Positions 18,747-28,734 of a stretch of 64,000 nucleotides of DNA are shown piece after piece. The notes under the pieces are model-generated. The model worked only from the letters and a program-made list of their open reading frames with translations, did no database searches and was not told where the DNA came from. Every line of letters starts with the position of its first letter. The stretch's first letter is position 1. The stretch lies in NCBI GenBank assembly GCA_902798825.1, contig CADBYI010000008.1, positions 207 through 64,206 on the forward strand, in the 5' to 3' direction. Made by a program: the position numbers and the translations under genes. Source of the DNA: an uncultured Eubacteriales bacterium (GTDB lineage: Bacteria > Bacillota > Clostridia > Christensenellales > CAG-138).

Positions 18747-18786
18747 AAAAAACCAGCGTCTCTCAAGGGAGAGGACTCTCCCGACG
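18747..18786 (-). terminator. intrinsic terminator 3' of the four-helix-bundle unit
   Basis: On the minus strand, hairpin cgtcgggagagtcctctcccttgagagacg followed by ctggTTTTTTgg. Confidence 0.6.
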
Positions 18787-18790
18787 GTTG

Positions 18791-18890
18791 AGCGAAAGCT
18801 AAATTGCCACTGCGCGGCAGCTGAATTCTGTGGCAAAGCCACAGAGCTAAATATGCCGAAGGCAAGCTAAATTCGCCCTTCGAGCGAAAT
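18791..18890. repeat. hairpin array L: 4-5 short GC hairpins spaced by AGCTAAATT-type 9-mers
   Basis: Layout: agcgaaagct aaatt | gccactgcgcggc | agctgaatt | ctgtggcaaagccacag | agctaaata | tgccgaaggca | agctaaatt | cgcccttcgagcg | aaataaagg. Confidence 0.8.
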
Positions 18891-18900
18891 AAAGGAAGAA

Positions 18901-19254
18901 TTAAAGCTTGCTCTTTGACGTGGTGACGGAGGAGATGAGCATGCGACGAAGGGTGCCGCAAGTGGAGCGAAGGGAAGCATAGCGTTCGTCGGGGAGAAAG
19001 GCTATGCGATTCAGCAGTTCCAGCCAGTACTCTGTTTCATAGCACTCTTTCAGAGCGATCTGCATCTTGGAAATGAAATCCGCCAGACTCTGGGCATACT
19101 TGGATTCGTGGATGTTAGCCCCTATAGAGGTCCCGCAGCGCATCAACTGGCCGGTCAGCACATACTCCCGCTTCTCGGCCTGAATGCCTCGGCACACGTT
19201 CACGATGTCCACCGCAAAGTCCTTAGCCCGATCCAGCATCACGCTTTCTGCCAT
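18901..19254 (-). CDS. four-helix-bundle protein (23S rRNA intervening-sequence protein / Avd family)
   Basis: 117 aa. The pattern FAVDIVNVCRGI...LTGQLMRCGTSIGANIHES...FISKMQIALKECYETEYWLELL matches the TIGR02436/PF05635-type family signature. Confidence 0.85.
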   Translation of the reverse strand: MAESVMLDRAKDFAVDIVNVCRGIQAEKREYVLTGQLMRCGTSIGANIHESKYAQSLADFISKMQIALKECYETEYWLELLNRIAFLPDERYASLRSTCGTLRRMLISSVTTSKSKL

Positions 19255-19267
19255 TTCCCATTCCTTC

Positions 19268-19369
19268 CTTTAGCTGCCGCGCAGCGGCAATTTCGCTCGG
19301 CGGCAGCCGCCGCCGAATTTAGCTCGTCGAAGACGAATTTATCTTCGCGCTTTGGCGCGAAATTTCACT
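19268..19369. repeat. hairpin array R: same unit type in inverted orientation (AATTTAGCT-type spacers)
   Basis: Layout: ctttagct | gccgcgcagcggc | aatttcgct | cggcggcagccgccg | aatttagct | cgtcgaagacg | aatttatct | tcgcgctttggcgcga | aatttcact. The first hairpin is the near-exact reverse complement of the one at 18806-18818. Confidence 0.8.
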
Positions 19370-19405
19370 CGATATAAAAAAGGCCTTGCGGCCTTTTTTA
19401 TATCG
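19370..19405. terminator. intrinsic terminator after pfkA (16-bp stem)
   Basis: cgatataaaaaaggcc-ttgc-ggccttttttatatcg; it overlaps the pfkA stop codon. Confidence 0.8.
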
Positions 19406-20373
19406 AGATGTCGTACGCCACCTTGTACATATAGGGGTCCAGGCCCTTCTTCATGGCCAGGGCCTCGTTGATGGGGATGGTGACGATGTGGGAGTCCCGG
19501 TAGCAGACCACCAGGTTGCTATGGCCGGCGGCCAGCTCCTCCACGGCGGTGTGGGCCATGCGGGCCGCCATGACCCGGTCCCGGCCCGTGGGGCTGCCGC
19601 CCCGGTTGGATATGGCCCAGGATGGACACCCGGGCGTCCACGCCGGTCTCCTCTTCGATGCGCTTGGCGATCTCGTTGCAGCGGCCCACGCCCTCGGCCA
19701 CCACGATGACGAAGTGGCGCTTGCCACGATAGCGGCCCTGGCGGACCCGCTCGATCACGTCCCGCTCAAAGTCCACCGGGAATTCGGGCACCAGGATGGC
19801 GGTGGCGCCTACGGAGAGGCCCACGTACACGGCCAGATGGCCCGCGTGCCGGCCCATGACCTCCACCACGCTGGCCCGCTCGTGGGACTGCATGGTGTCG
19901 GAGAGCTTGTCGATGCACTGGATGGCCGTGTTGGCGGCGGTATCGAAGCCGATGGTATAGTGGGAGCAGCCGATGTCGTTGTCGATGGTGGCAGGCACGC
20001 CCACGGTGTTGATGCCTGCGTTGGAGAGCTTTTGGGCCCCCCGGAAGGTGCCGTCGCCGCCGATGGCGATGACCCCGTCGATGCCTGCATAGTGGCAGGT
20101 GCGGACCGCCTGCTGGACCCCCTCGTCCGTGGTGAACTCCTTGCAGCGGGCGGTGTAGAGCATGGTGCCGCCCCGGCTGCTCAAATTGTTCACGGACCGG
20201 GCGTCCATCTCGAAGAAGTCGCCCTGGATGAGGCCGTTGTAGCCCCGGCGGATGCCTACGGGGGTGATGTTGTGCTGGAGGCAGCTGCGAACGGCGGAGC
20301 GAATGGCCGCGTTCATACCGGGGGCGTCGCCGCCGCTGGTGAGAATGCCGATACGTCTGACTTGTTTATCCAT
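19398..20373 (-). pseudogene. pfkA: ATP-dependent 6-phosphofructokinase with an apparent +1 frameshift near codon 257
   Basis: ORF 19519-20373 carries the PFK N-terminus (RIGILTSGGDAPGMNAAIR ... ILGHIQ) and then runs into non-PFK sequence. The conserved C-terminus (RGGSPTGRDRVMAARMAHTAVEEL ... YDISI) continues in another frame (ORF 19398-19727). The junction is at caa-CC-ggg (plus-strand GG at 19604-19605); removing one base restores GHIQRGGSP. Confidence 0.85.
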
Positions 20374-20412
20374 AGATATTTCTTCTTTCCTTACCGAAGG
20401 GGTGCCCTTCGT

Positions 20413-21954
20413 TTATTGTCCCATAAGCTCCTCATAGAGCTTCTTGTATACCAGCGCCGACTTGTGCCAGGAGAAGTCCGTGGCCATGGCCCGCTTCACC
20501 AGCCGATCCCACAAAGCCTCGTCATGGAAATAGCCCACCGCCCGCTCGATGGTGTAAAGCATATCGTGGGCGTTGTAGTTGGTGAAGGAGAAGCCGTTGC
20601 CCTCGTCGGTATACACGTTGAAGGGCTGGACGCTGTCCTTGAGGCCGCCGGTCTCCCGAACGATGGGGATGGACCCATAGCGCATGGCGATCATCTGGGA
20701 GAGGCCGCAGGGCTCGAACTGGCTGGGCATGAGGAACATATCCGTGCCGGCGTAGACCCTGTGGGCCAGGGCTTCATTCATCTCCACCCGGGCAGCCACC
20801 CGGCCGGGGTATCTATTTTGGGCGTTGCGGATGAAGTCCTCATAGTGCCCGTCGCCCATGCCCAGGAAGATGAGCTGCACGTCCTGGCGCATGATGTCGT
20901 CCAGCACCCGCTCGATCAGGTCCAGCCCCTTCTGGGCGGTGAGCCGGGCGATGAAGCCGATGACGGCCGCCTCGGGCCGCACCTGCAGGCCGCACTCCTG
21001 CTGCAGATCCGCCTTCAAAAGGGCTTTGCCCCGCCGGTTGTCCCCCGAGAAGGTGACGCGGAGGAACCGATCGTTCTCCGGGTCGTAGGCGTCGGTGTCG
21101 ATGCCGTTCAGGATGCCGGAGAGCACGTTCTGCCGCTTCTTCATAAGGCCGTCCAGCCGCTCGCCATAGTAGGCGGACTTGATCTCCTCCGCATAGGTGG
21201 GGCTCACGGTGGTGACCCGGTCGGAGAAGACGATGCCGCCCTTCATGCAGGAGAGAAGCCCGTAGAACTCCAGATTCTCCGTGGAGAAATACCCTTCGTT
21301 GAGGCCCAGATAGGTGTTGAGCCAGTGGAAATCGAAAAGGCCCTGGAACTTCAGGTTGTGGATGGTATAGACCGTCCGAATGGCCCGATAGCGCTCGTCG
21401 ATGCCGTACTGGGCCCGAAGGAGCACGCTCAATAGCCCGCACTGCCAGTCGTTGCCGTGGAGAATGTCGGGGAACCAGCCGATCCGGGGCAGGGCCTCCA
21501 AAATGGCCCGGCAGAAGAAGGCATAGCGATAGCCCTCATCCTGGTCGCCGGTGTAGACCCGATCGCTTCCGAAGAGGGCCTGATTGTCCACGAAATAGTA
21601 CCGCACCCCGTTCTCCACGATGGTGTCGATGCCGCAGTAGAGCCTGTCCCCGCCCATGAGCACGGTGAAATCCGTCACGTGCTCCATGGAGCAGATGTAG
21701 GTATAGGGGATCAGCCTATATTTGGGCAGGATCACCCGGGCGTCCACCCCCTCCTGGTTGAGGGAAACGGGCAGGGCACCCACCACGTCCGCCAGGCCGC
21801 CGGTTTTGATAAAGGGCATGGCCTCGCTGGCGCACAGGAGCACCTTCAACGGCCCCTTCTCCCGAACCGGCTCCGGGACGGGGATATCCTCCTTTGCCAC
21901 GATCTTCAGACCTGAGGTACGCGGCCGCTTGATGGCTTTTGCTGCAGTGCTCAT
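20413..21954 (-). CDS. glgA: glycogen synthase (ADP-glucose type)
   Basis: 513 aa with the KTGGLADVVGALP motif and a GT5 fold pattern. It has an N-terminal extension of about 35 aa before the conserved core. Confidence 0.9.
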   Translation of the reverse strand: MSTAAKAIKRPRTSGLKIVAKEDIPVPEPVREKGPLKVLLCASEAMPFIKTGGLADVVGALPVSLNQEGVDARVILPKYRLIPYTYICSMEHVTDFTVLMGGDRLYCGIDTIVENGVRYYFVDNQALFGSDRVYTGDQDEGYRYAFFCRAILEALPRIGWFPDILHGNDWQCGLLSVLLRAQYGIDERYRAIRTVYTIHNLKFQGLFDFHWLNTYLGLNEGYFSTENLEFYGLLSCMKGGIVFSDRVTTVSPTYAEEIKSAYYGERLDGLMKKRQNVLSGILNGIDTDAYDPENDRFLRVTFSGDNRRGKALLKADLQQECGLQVRPEAAVIGFIARLTAQKGLDLIERVLDDIMRQDVQLIFLGMGDGHYEDFIRNAQNRYPGRVAARVEMNEALAHRVYAGTDMFLMPSQFEPCGLSQMIAMRYGSIPIVRETGGLKDSVQPFNVYTDEGNGFSFTNYNAHDMLYTIERAVGYFHDEALWDRLVKRAMATDFSWHKSALVYKKLYEELMGQ

Positions 21955-23075
21955 ACGGTTTGATTCTTTCTGATCACGATGGGGAAGCTGTCATACCCCT
22001 GGAGGGTCCGACCCGGCAGGATCTTCACGCCCTTGTCCAGGATCACGTGCTCCAGATGGGCATTCTCGCCGATCTCACTGCCCTGCATGACGATGCTGTT
22101 GAAGATGCGGGCGCCGGGCTTCACATGGACGCCCCGGAACAGGATGCAGCTGTCCACCTGGCCCTCGATGATGCAGCCGTCGGCCACCAGGGAGTTCTTC
22201 ACCTGGGCGCTGACGGAGTAGCGGGCCGACACCTCGTCCTTCACCTTGGTGTAGATGGGGTGCTTGGGGTTGAACAGATCCGCCTGCACGTCGGGATTCA
22301 GCAGGGCCATGTTGCCGTTGAAGTAGCTTTCGATGGACTCCAGCCGGGCCAGGAAGCCCTCGTGCCGGTAGCCCATGATGTTGAGGGTCTTGTATTTCTT
22401 CAGCAGGATGTCCCGATGGAAGTCGTACTCGCCCCGGGCGTAGGCCTCCTCCACCAGATACTCCAGCAGCTCCTTCTTGAGGATCATCACGTCACAGCTC
22501 CGATTCACGCTCCGGGGCCGATAGGCGTCCAGCTCCATCTCCGTGACCCGGCCCCTCTCGTCCATAATGAGCCGCAGATCCTGGCTCTGCTCCTCGAGCT
22601 GCAGGGACCCGTCCTCGGCGTATAGGATGGTCACGTCGGCGCCGGTGGCCAGATGCTGCTCCATCATGGGCACAAGATCCACGTTCATGATCACCCGGGG
22701 CCAGGAAAGGATCACGTAATCGTCCGAGGTGCGGCGCACATAGCCCATGACGGACTTAAGGGCGTCGATGGCCCCCCGGAACACGCCGGAATTCTCCTTG
22801 GTCATGAAGGGGGGCAGGATGAACAGGCCCTCGCGCTTGCGGTGAAGGTCCCATTCCTTGCCGGAGCCCAGATGGTCCATGAGGGAGTGATAGTTCTTCT
22901 CCGTGACCAGGCCCACGCTGGTGACGCCCGCGTTGACCAGATTGGAGAGCATAAAGTCGATGGCGCGATACCGTCCGCCGAAGGGAACCGCCGCGGTGGA
23001 GCGGGACAGAGTCAGGTCCTTGAGGCGGGTGGTCCTCTCACCGGTGACGATGAGGCCGAATGCGTTGTCGATCAT
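21951..23075 (-). CDS. glgD: glucose-1-phosphate adenylyltransferase regulatory subunit GlgD
   Basis: 374 aa. AVPFGGRYRAIDFMLSNLVNAG lacks the GlgC GGxGxRL catalytic loop. It is positioned after glgC, as in Firmicutes. Confidence 0.85.
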   Translation of the reverse strand: MIDNAFGLIVTGERTTRLKDLTLSRSTAAVPFGGRYRAIDFMLSNLVNAGVTSVGLVTEKNYHSLMDHLGSGKEWDLHRKREGLFILPPFMTKENSGVFRGAIDALKSVMGYVRRTSDDYVILSWPRVIMNVDLVPMMEQHLATGADVTILYAEDGSLQLEEQSQDLRLIMDERGRVTEMELDAYRPRSVNRSCDVMILKKELLEYLVEEAYARGEYDFHRDILLKKYKTLNIMGYRHEGFLARLESIESYFNGNMALLNPDVQADLFNPKHPIYTKVKDEVSARYSVSAQVKNSLVADGCIIEGQVDSCILFRGVHVKPGARIFNSIVMQGSEIGENAHLEHVILDKGVKILPGRTLQGYDSFPIVIRKNQTV

Positions 23076-23082
23076 AGCTTAC

Positions 23083-24311
<1,229 letters not shown>

Positions 24312-24315
<4 letters not shown>

Positions 24316-26165
24316 CCTTGAGTCACATCCTTTCCGTCGTTGTTCTTGGTGAATTTATAATACATCCCGCAGAAGGGGAACAAATCCGTTTCGATGGCAT
24401 AGGGGAATCTGGCGCCGGTGACCGCCCGGGTGACGAGGGGCTTGTTCTTCTCCGGCGGCAGCTCTCCGGTGGAGAACACCGGCGAAAAGCTGCCCGCCTC
24501 CGGCACCGGCAGGCGATAGCCCAGCCTGGGCACGGGGGTGAAGTTGTACACGCACAGCAGCGTCTCCTTCCGACTCTTTCGCAGGAAGGCCACCACGGAG
24601 GTGTCCTTGTCGTCCACCACGCTCCACTCGAAGCCGTCCCAGCCGTCGTCCCGTTCGTAGAGGGCAGGGTTGTCCCTGTAGAACCGGTTCAGGCTCCGAA
24701 CGAACCGCCTGAACTCGTCGTGCTTGGGGTAGGAGAGCAGGAACCACTCCAGACTCTCGTAGAACCGCCACTCGATGAAGGTGCCCAGCTCCATGCCCAT
24801 GAAGGTGAGCTTCTTGCCCGGATGGGCCATCTGATAGGTGTACAACAGCCGCAGCTGCTGGAACTTCTCCTCGTAGGTGCCGGGCATCTTGTTGAGCATG
24901 GACTTCTTCCCGTGGACCACCTCGTCGTGGGAGAAGGCCAGCACGTAATACTCCGAGAAGGCATAGGTCAGGCTGAAGGTCAGCTTGTCGTGGTGATACT
25001 GGCGATAGATGGGGTCCATGGCCATGTAGGAGAGCATATCGTTCATCCAGCCCATGTTCCACTTGAAATCGAAGCCCAGGCCGGGTTCCTCAGCGGTGGC
25101 CTGCTTGTCGGTCACCCGGGGGAAGGCTGTGGACTCCTCGGCGATAAGGAGCTTGCGGCCGGCAAGGCCGTGGACCGCCCAGGAAAGGTGCCTGAAAAGG
25201 GCGATGGCGGAAAGGTCCTCCCGTCCGCCCTGGCTGTTGGGGAGCCAGTCGCCGTTCTCCCGGCCGAAGTCCATATAGAGCATGCAGCTGACCGCATCCA
25301 CCCGAAGGCCGTCCATGTGCATCTCCTCCAGCCAATAGACGGCGCTGGAGGTGAGGAAGCTTCTGACCTCGGGCTTGCCATAGTCGAAGAGGAGGGTGCC
25401 CCACTGGCGCATATCGCCCCGGCGGGGGTCGCCGTACTCATAGCAGGGGGTGCCGTCAAAGAGCCGCAGACCGTGATCGTCCCGGGTGAAGTGGGCGGGG
25501 ACCCAGTCCATGATGACGCCGATACCCCGCTGATGGGCCTGGTCCACGAAATACTTGAGATCGTCCGGGGAGCCATAGCGGCTGGTGGCGGCAAAGTAGC
25601 CCGTGACCTGGTAGCCCCAGCTGGGATCGTAGGGATAGGCCATGAGGGGCATGACCTCGATGTGGGTATAGCCCATGTCCTGGACGTAGGGAAGGAGCTC
25701 GTCAGCCAGCTGCCGGTAGGAGAGGCCCTCCTTCCAGCTGCCCAGATGGCATTCATAGATGTTCATGGGGCCGGTGTGCACGTCCCCGAGGCCGGACAGG
25801 TACCCTCCGTCCTGCCAGGGATAGGGGTCCGGGTCGTAGACCATGGAGGCGGTGCCGTGGGGCTCCACCATCCGGCCGTAGGGGTCCGCCTTCATGACGA
25901 CGGTGCCGTCGGACCGGGTCACCACATATTTATACTTTTGATAGGGCTGAGCGTTATCTATCACAGCTTCCCAAAGCCCGTCCTGCCGACGCCAGGCGGG
26001 GTTTTGAGTATAGCTCCAGCCGTTGAAGTCCCCGGCCACGGTAACGAACCGGGCGTTGGGCGCCCAGATCATAAAGCGGAAACCCTGCTCCGCCCGATGG
26101 CAGCCCAGTATCCGGTAGGCGCGGATGCTTTTTCCCTGATAAAACTCGGTGATTTGTTCGGTCAT
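24312..26165 (-). CDS. glgB: 1,4-alpha-glucan branching enzyme
   Basis: GH13 motifs ([38 protein letters not shown]). Start chosen at MTEQITEF (RBS ggggggaa); the ORF-track start at 26204 is less likely. Confidence 0.9.
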
Positions 26166-26344
26166 GTTTCCCCCCATGCGCAATATGCCCCTAAGTGTAT
26201 ACATATAATATCATCCTTCACGGGTTTTGCCAATACCAAACTTCCACGAACGAGGGAAAAACCCGATCCGGGCAGACCGTGCGCCCCAGCCTTGGGGCGG
26301 CAAGGGCTTGCCCCGCCCACACAAAAATGCTATACTGCTCTCAA

Positions 26345-27478
26345 ATGAAGCTGAACCGGGAAAAGTGGATACGCTACGGCGCGTTGACGATGGCGCTGGT
26401 GGTCGTGCTTCTAAGCTTGGTCCTGTGGATCCTTATGCGGGAGGAGGGCCAGCTGGAGGTTGGGTTCAGCCTGCCCCGCGTCTCGCCCACGCCCCAGTTG
26501 ACGTCCACTCCCACCCCCGCCCAACTGAAGGTGACGGCGGCGCCTACGCCCATCCTGGTCCAGGTGGATCGAAATTATCCGCCGGAAGCCTTGGACGTGG
26601 CGGTGGAGGGGAAGGTGCTCTTCACGGTGGAGGACGCCGATGCGGCCCAAGAGGCTTTGGAGCGATATCTGTACGAGGAAGCCCGATCCGCCCTCCAGCC
26701 CAACGAACGGCTGATCCGGGCCGGGTTCGACCAGGGCCTGACGCTGCAGGCGCCCTCGGGCCAGGGGGAGCTGCTGACCGTGGACGAGGCCGTGAATACC
26801 CTGAAGGCGGACGACAATCTGTTGCCCATCGTGCGTACCGTGGCCCGCTGCGTGGTGGAGCGCGGGGAGCTGGAAACCGCGATCCGGGAGAATGCCGGAT
26901 TGCCCAAAGGAAGCCGCATCTATCGGAATATGGGGGTATATCCCTACATCCTTTCCTACTATGAAACCGTGTATCGGGGCCATGCCGCCTTCTCCGAGGT
27001 GAAGACCAACGAGTTCGCGGTGGGGCCCGGCAAGGCGGATCGGATCATTGAGGACGGCAGTCAGGCCGCGGACGGTTCCGCTCCGGCGGTGAGAATAGAG
27101 GCTTTCGGGCCTGTGTGGCCGGTGGACGGGACCGTGATCGGCTCCTTCGGCATGGCGGACGGGACCATGCACTACGGGGTGGAGATCGCCGCCGGCAGCT
27201 TTGCCCGGGTCACGTCGCCCGAAGGGGGCGTGGTGGTCTACTGCGGCCGGCGGGGGAACCTGGGGCTGGTCATCGACATCCTCCACGACGAGACCGGCGC
27301 CCTGTCCCGGATCATCGGCTGCGATCGGCCGTTGGTGGAGCTGTATCAGCGGGTGAAGAAGGGCGAGCAGGTGGGCGTCATGCCCGAGCCCACCGACAGC
27401 CGCCTGGTCAGCATCCGCTATGAGCTGCTGATCAACGGTCTTCCCGTGGACCCGGAGAAGTATCTGCAGAAGAAATAA
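26345..27478 (+). CDS. membrane-anchored LytM/M23-domain protein, catalytic motifs apparently degenerate
   Basis: Start at MKLNREKWIRYGALTMALVVVLL (ATG 26345). The C-terminal domain has an M23-like layout (WPVDGTVIGSFG...HYGVEI...GLVIDILHDETG...GEQVGVM...YELLINGLPVDP), but the HxxxD and HxH positions are not conserved. Confidence 0.65.
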   Translation: MKLNREKWIRYGALTMALVVVLLSLVLWILMREEGQLEVGFSLPRVSPTPQLTSTPTPAQLKVTAAPTPILVQVDRNYPPEALDVAVEGKVLFTVEDADAAQEALERYLYEEARSALQPNERLIRAGFDQGLTLQAPSGQGELLTVDEAVNTLKADDNLLPIVRTVARCVVERGELETAIRENAGLPKGSRIYRNMGVYPYILSYYETVYRGHAAFSEVKTNEFAVGPGKADRIIEDGSQAADGSAPAVRIEAFGPVWPVDGTVIGSFGMADGTMHYGVEIAAGSFARVTSPEGGVVVYCGRRGNLGLVIDILHDETGALSRIIGCDRPLVELYQRVKKGEQVGVMPEPTDSRLVSIRYELLINGLPVDPEKYLQKK

Positions 27479-27492
27479 AAAAGCAAAAGAAA

Positions 27493-27528
27493 AGACGGGA
27501 GACGCCCGATGGCGTCTCCCGTCTTTTT
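27493..27528. terminator. bidirectional intrinsic terminator
   Basis: agacgggagacgcc-cgat-ggcgtctcccgtct with flanking A/T runs, between convergent genes. Confidence 0.8.
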
Positions 27529-27549
27529 GTAACAAATCAGTATCCGTCG

Positions 27550-28734
27550 TCAATCCAGGATCGCGTGCAATATGGCCAGATATCCGTCCACGGCGTCGTG
27601 CAGGTCCTTCAGGGCGATGTGTTCATCCACCGTGTGGGCGAGATTCTCCCGGGAGGGACCGAAGCCGAAGGTGGGTATCCCCGCCTCGCCCGCATAGTAG
27701 CTGCCGTTGGTGCAGAAGCTGTAGCCGGTGATCTGAGGCGCGAGTCCCCGCTCCTCCATGGCCGCCTTCACCCGCAGCACCCGCTCATCCGTGTCGAACC
27801 ACCAGGGGGCGAAGAACCGCTCCGCCTCCACCCTTTCTCCGGTGGCGCAGACGGCGCTGCCCATGGGATAGGACACCCGGGCCTGAAGGGTGGGATCCAG
27901 GCGCTTGCGCTCGTCGATGATGGCCTGGATGGGCGCCAGGACGCTTTCCCTTGTCTCCCCCACCAGCAGCCGCCGGTCGAAGGTGGCCCGGCAATAATGG
28001 GGCACCACGGAGGCGCCGGGATAGGGCTCGGACTTGATGTCCGTCAGCACCAGGATGCCGTCCCCCACCATGCGGGGGTCCTTGGTGACCGGCAGCTTCA
28101 AAATCTCGTTTATGAGGGCGCACATGGCCGCGGCGGCGTTGACGCCCTTCTCCGGGTTGGCGCTGTGGCAGGGCACGCCGAAGGTTTCCAGCACGATCTC
28201 CGCCCGGCCCCGCTGGCTGAGCTTCAGATTCCCCTCGGAGGCTTCGCCGATGACGACCAGATCGGGCTGCACCTGCCGGGCCACCTCCTTGGCGCAGACC
28301 CCCTCGAAGCACTCCTCCTGGACCACGCCGGCGAACCACAGCTCCCCGGAAAAGTCCTTGCCCTTCTCCCTGAGGTACTGGGCGGCGGCCACGGCGAAGG
28401 CGGCGTCGGCCCCCTTCATGTCGCTGGTGCCCCGGCCGTAGAGCTTCCCGTCCCGCAGGACCGGCTCAAAGGGGGGCGTGGTCCAATCCCCGGCGTTGTC
28501 CGCTGGGACGGTGTCGATGTGGCCGTCGAACAGGAGCCGGACGCCGGGCCTTTTTCCCTTGGTCCCCGCCACCAGATCGCCGTAGCGGTCGATCTCCACC
28601 GTGGAAAAGCCGTTCTCCTGCAGATATCCCTTGAGGATATCCGCCACCCCCTGCTCCCGGCCGGACAGGCTGGGGCAGGCGATGAGCCGCTTCAAAAGGT
28701 TCAACGTCTCCTGCTGTAACGCTTCGCTGATCAT
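27550..28734 (-). CDS. M20-family metallohydrolase (YgeY/ArgE/DapE-like)
   Basis: 394 aa. LIACPSLSGREQGV, LLFDGHIDTVP and GRGTSDMKG motifs are typical of M20 peptidases. Confidence 0.8.
   Translation of the reverse strand: MISEALQQETLNLLKRLIACPSLSGREQGVADILKGYLQENGFSTVEIDRYGDLVAGTKGKRPGVRLLFDGHIDTVPADNAGDWTTPPFEPVLRDGKLYGRGTSDMKGADAAFAVAAAQYLREKGKDFSGELWFAGVVQEECFEGVCAKEVARQVQPDLVVIGEASEGNLKLSQRGRAEIVLETFGVPCHSANPEKGVNAAAAMCALINEILKLPVTKDPRMVGDGILVLTDIKSEPYPGASVVPHYCRATFDRRLLVGETRESVLAPIQAIIDERKRLDPTLQARVSYPMGSAVCATGERVEAERFFAPWWFDTDERVLRVKAAMEERGLAPQITGYSFCTNGSYYAGEAGIPTFGFGPSRENLAHTVDEHIALKDLHDAVDGYLAILHAILD

Noticed and set aside
18901-19254. The four-helix-bundle gene as the Avd subunit of a diversity-generating retroelement.
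   Set aside because: No reverse transcriptase gene and no template/variable repeat pair are visible within several kb on either side. The flanking repeats are short hairpins, not TR/VR.
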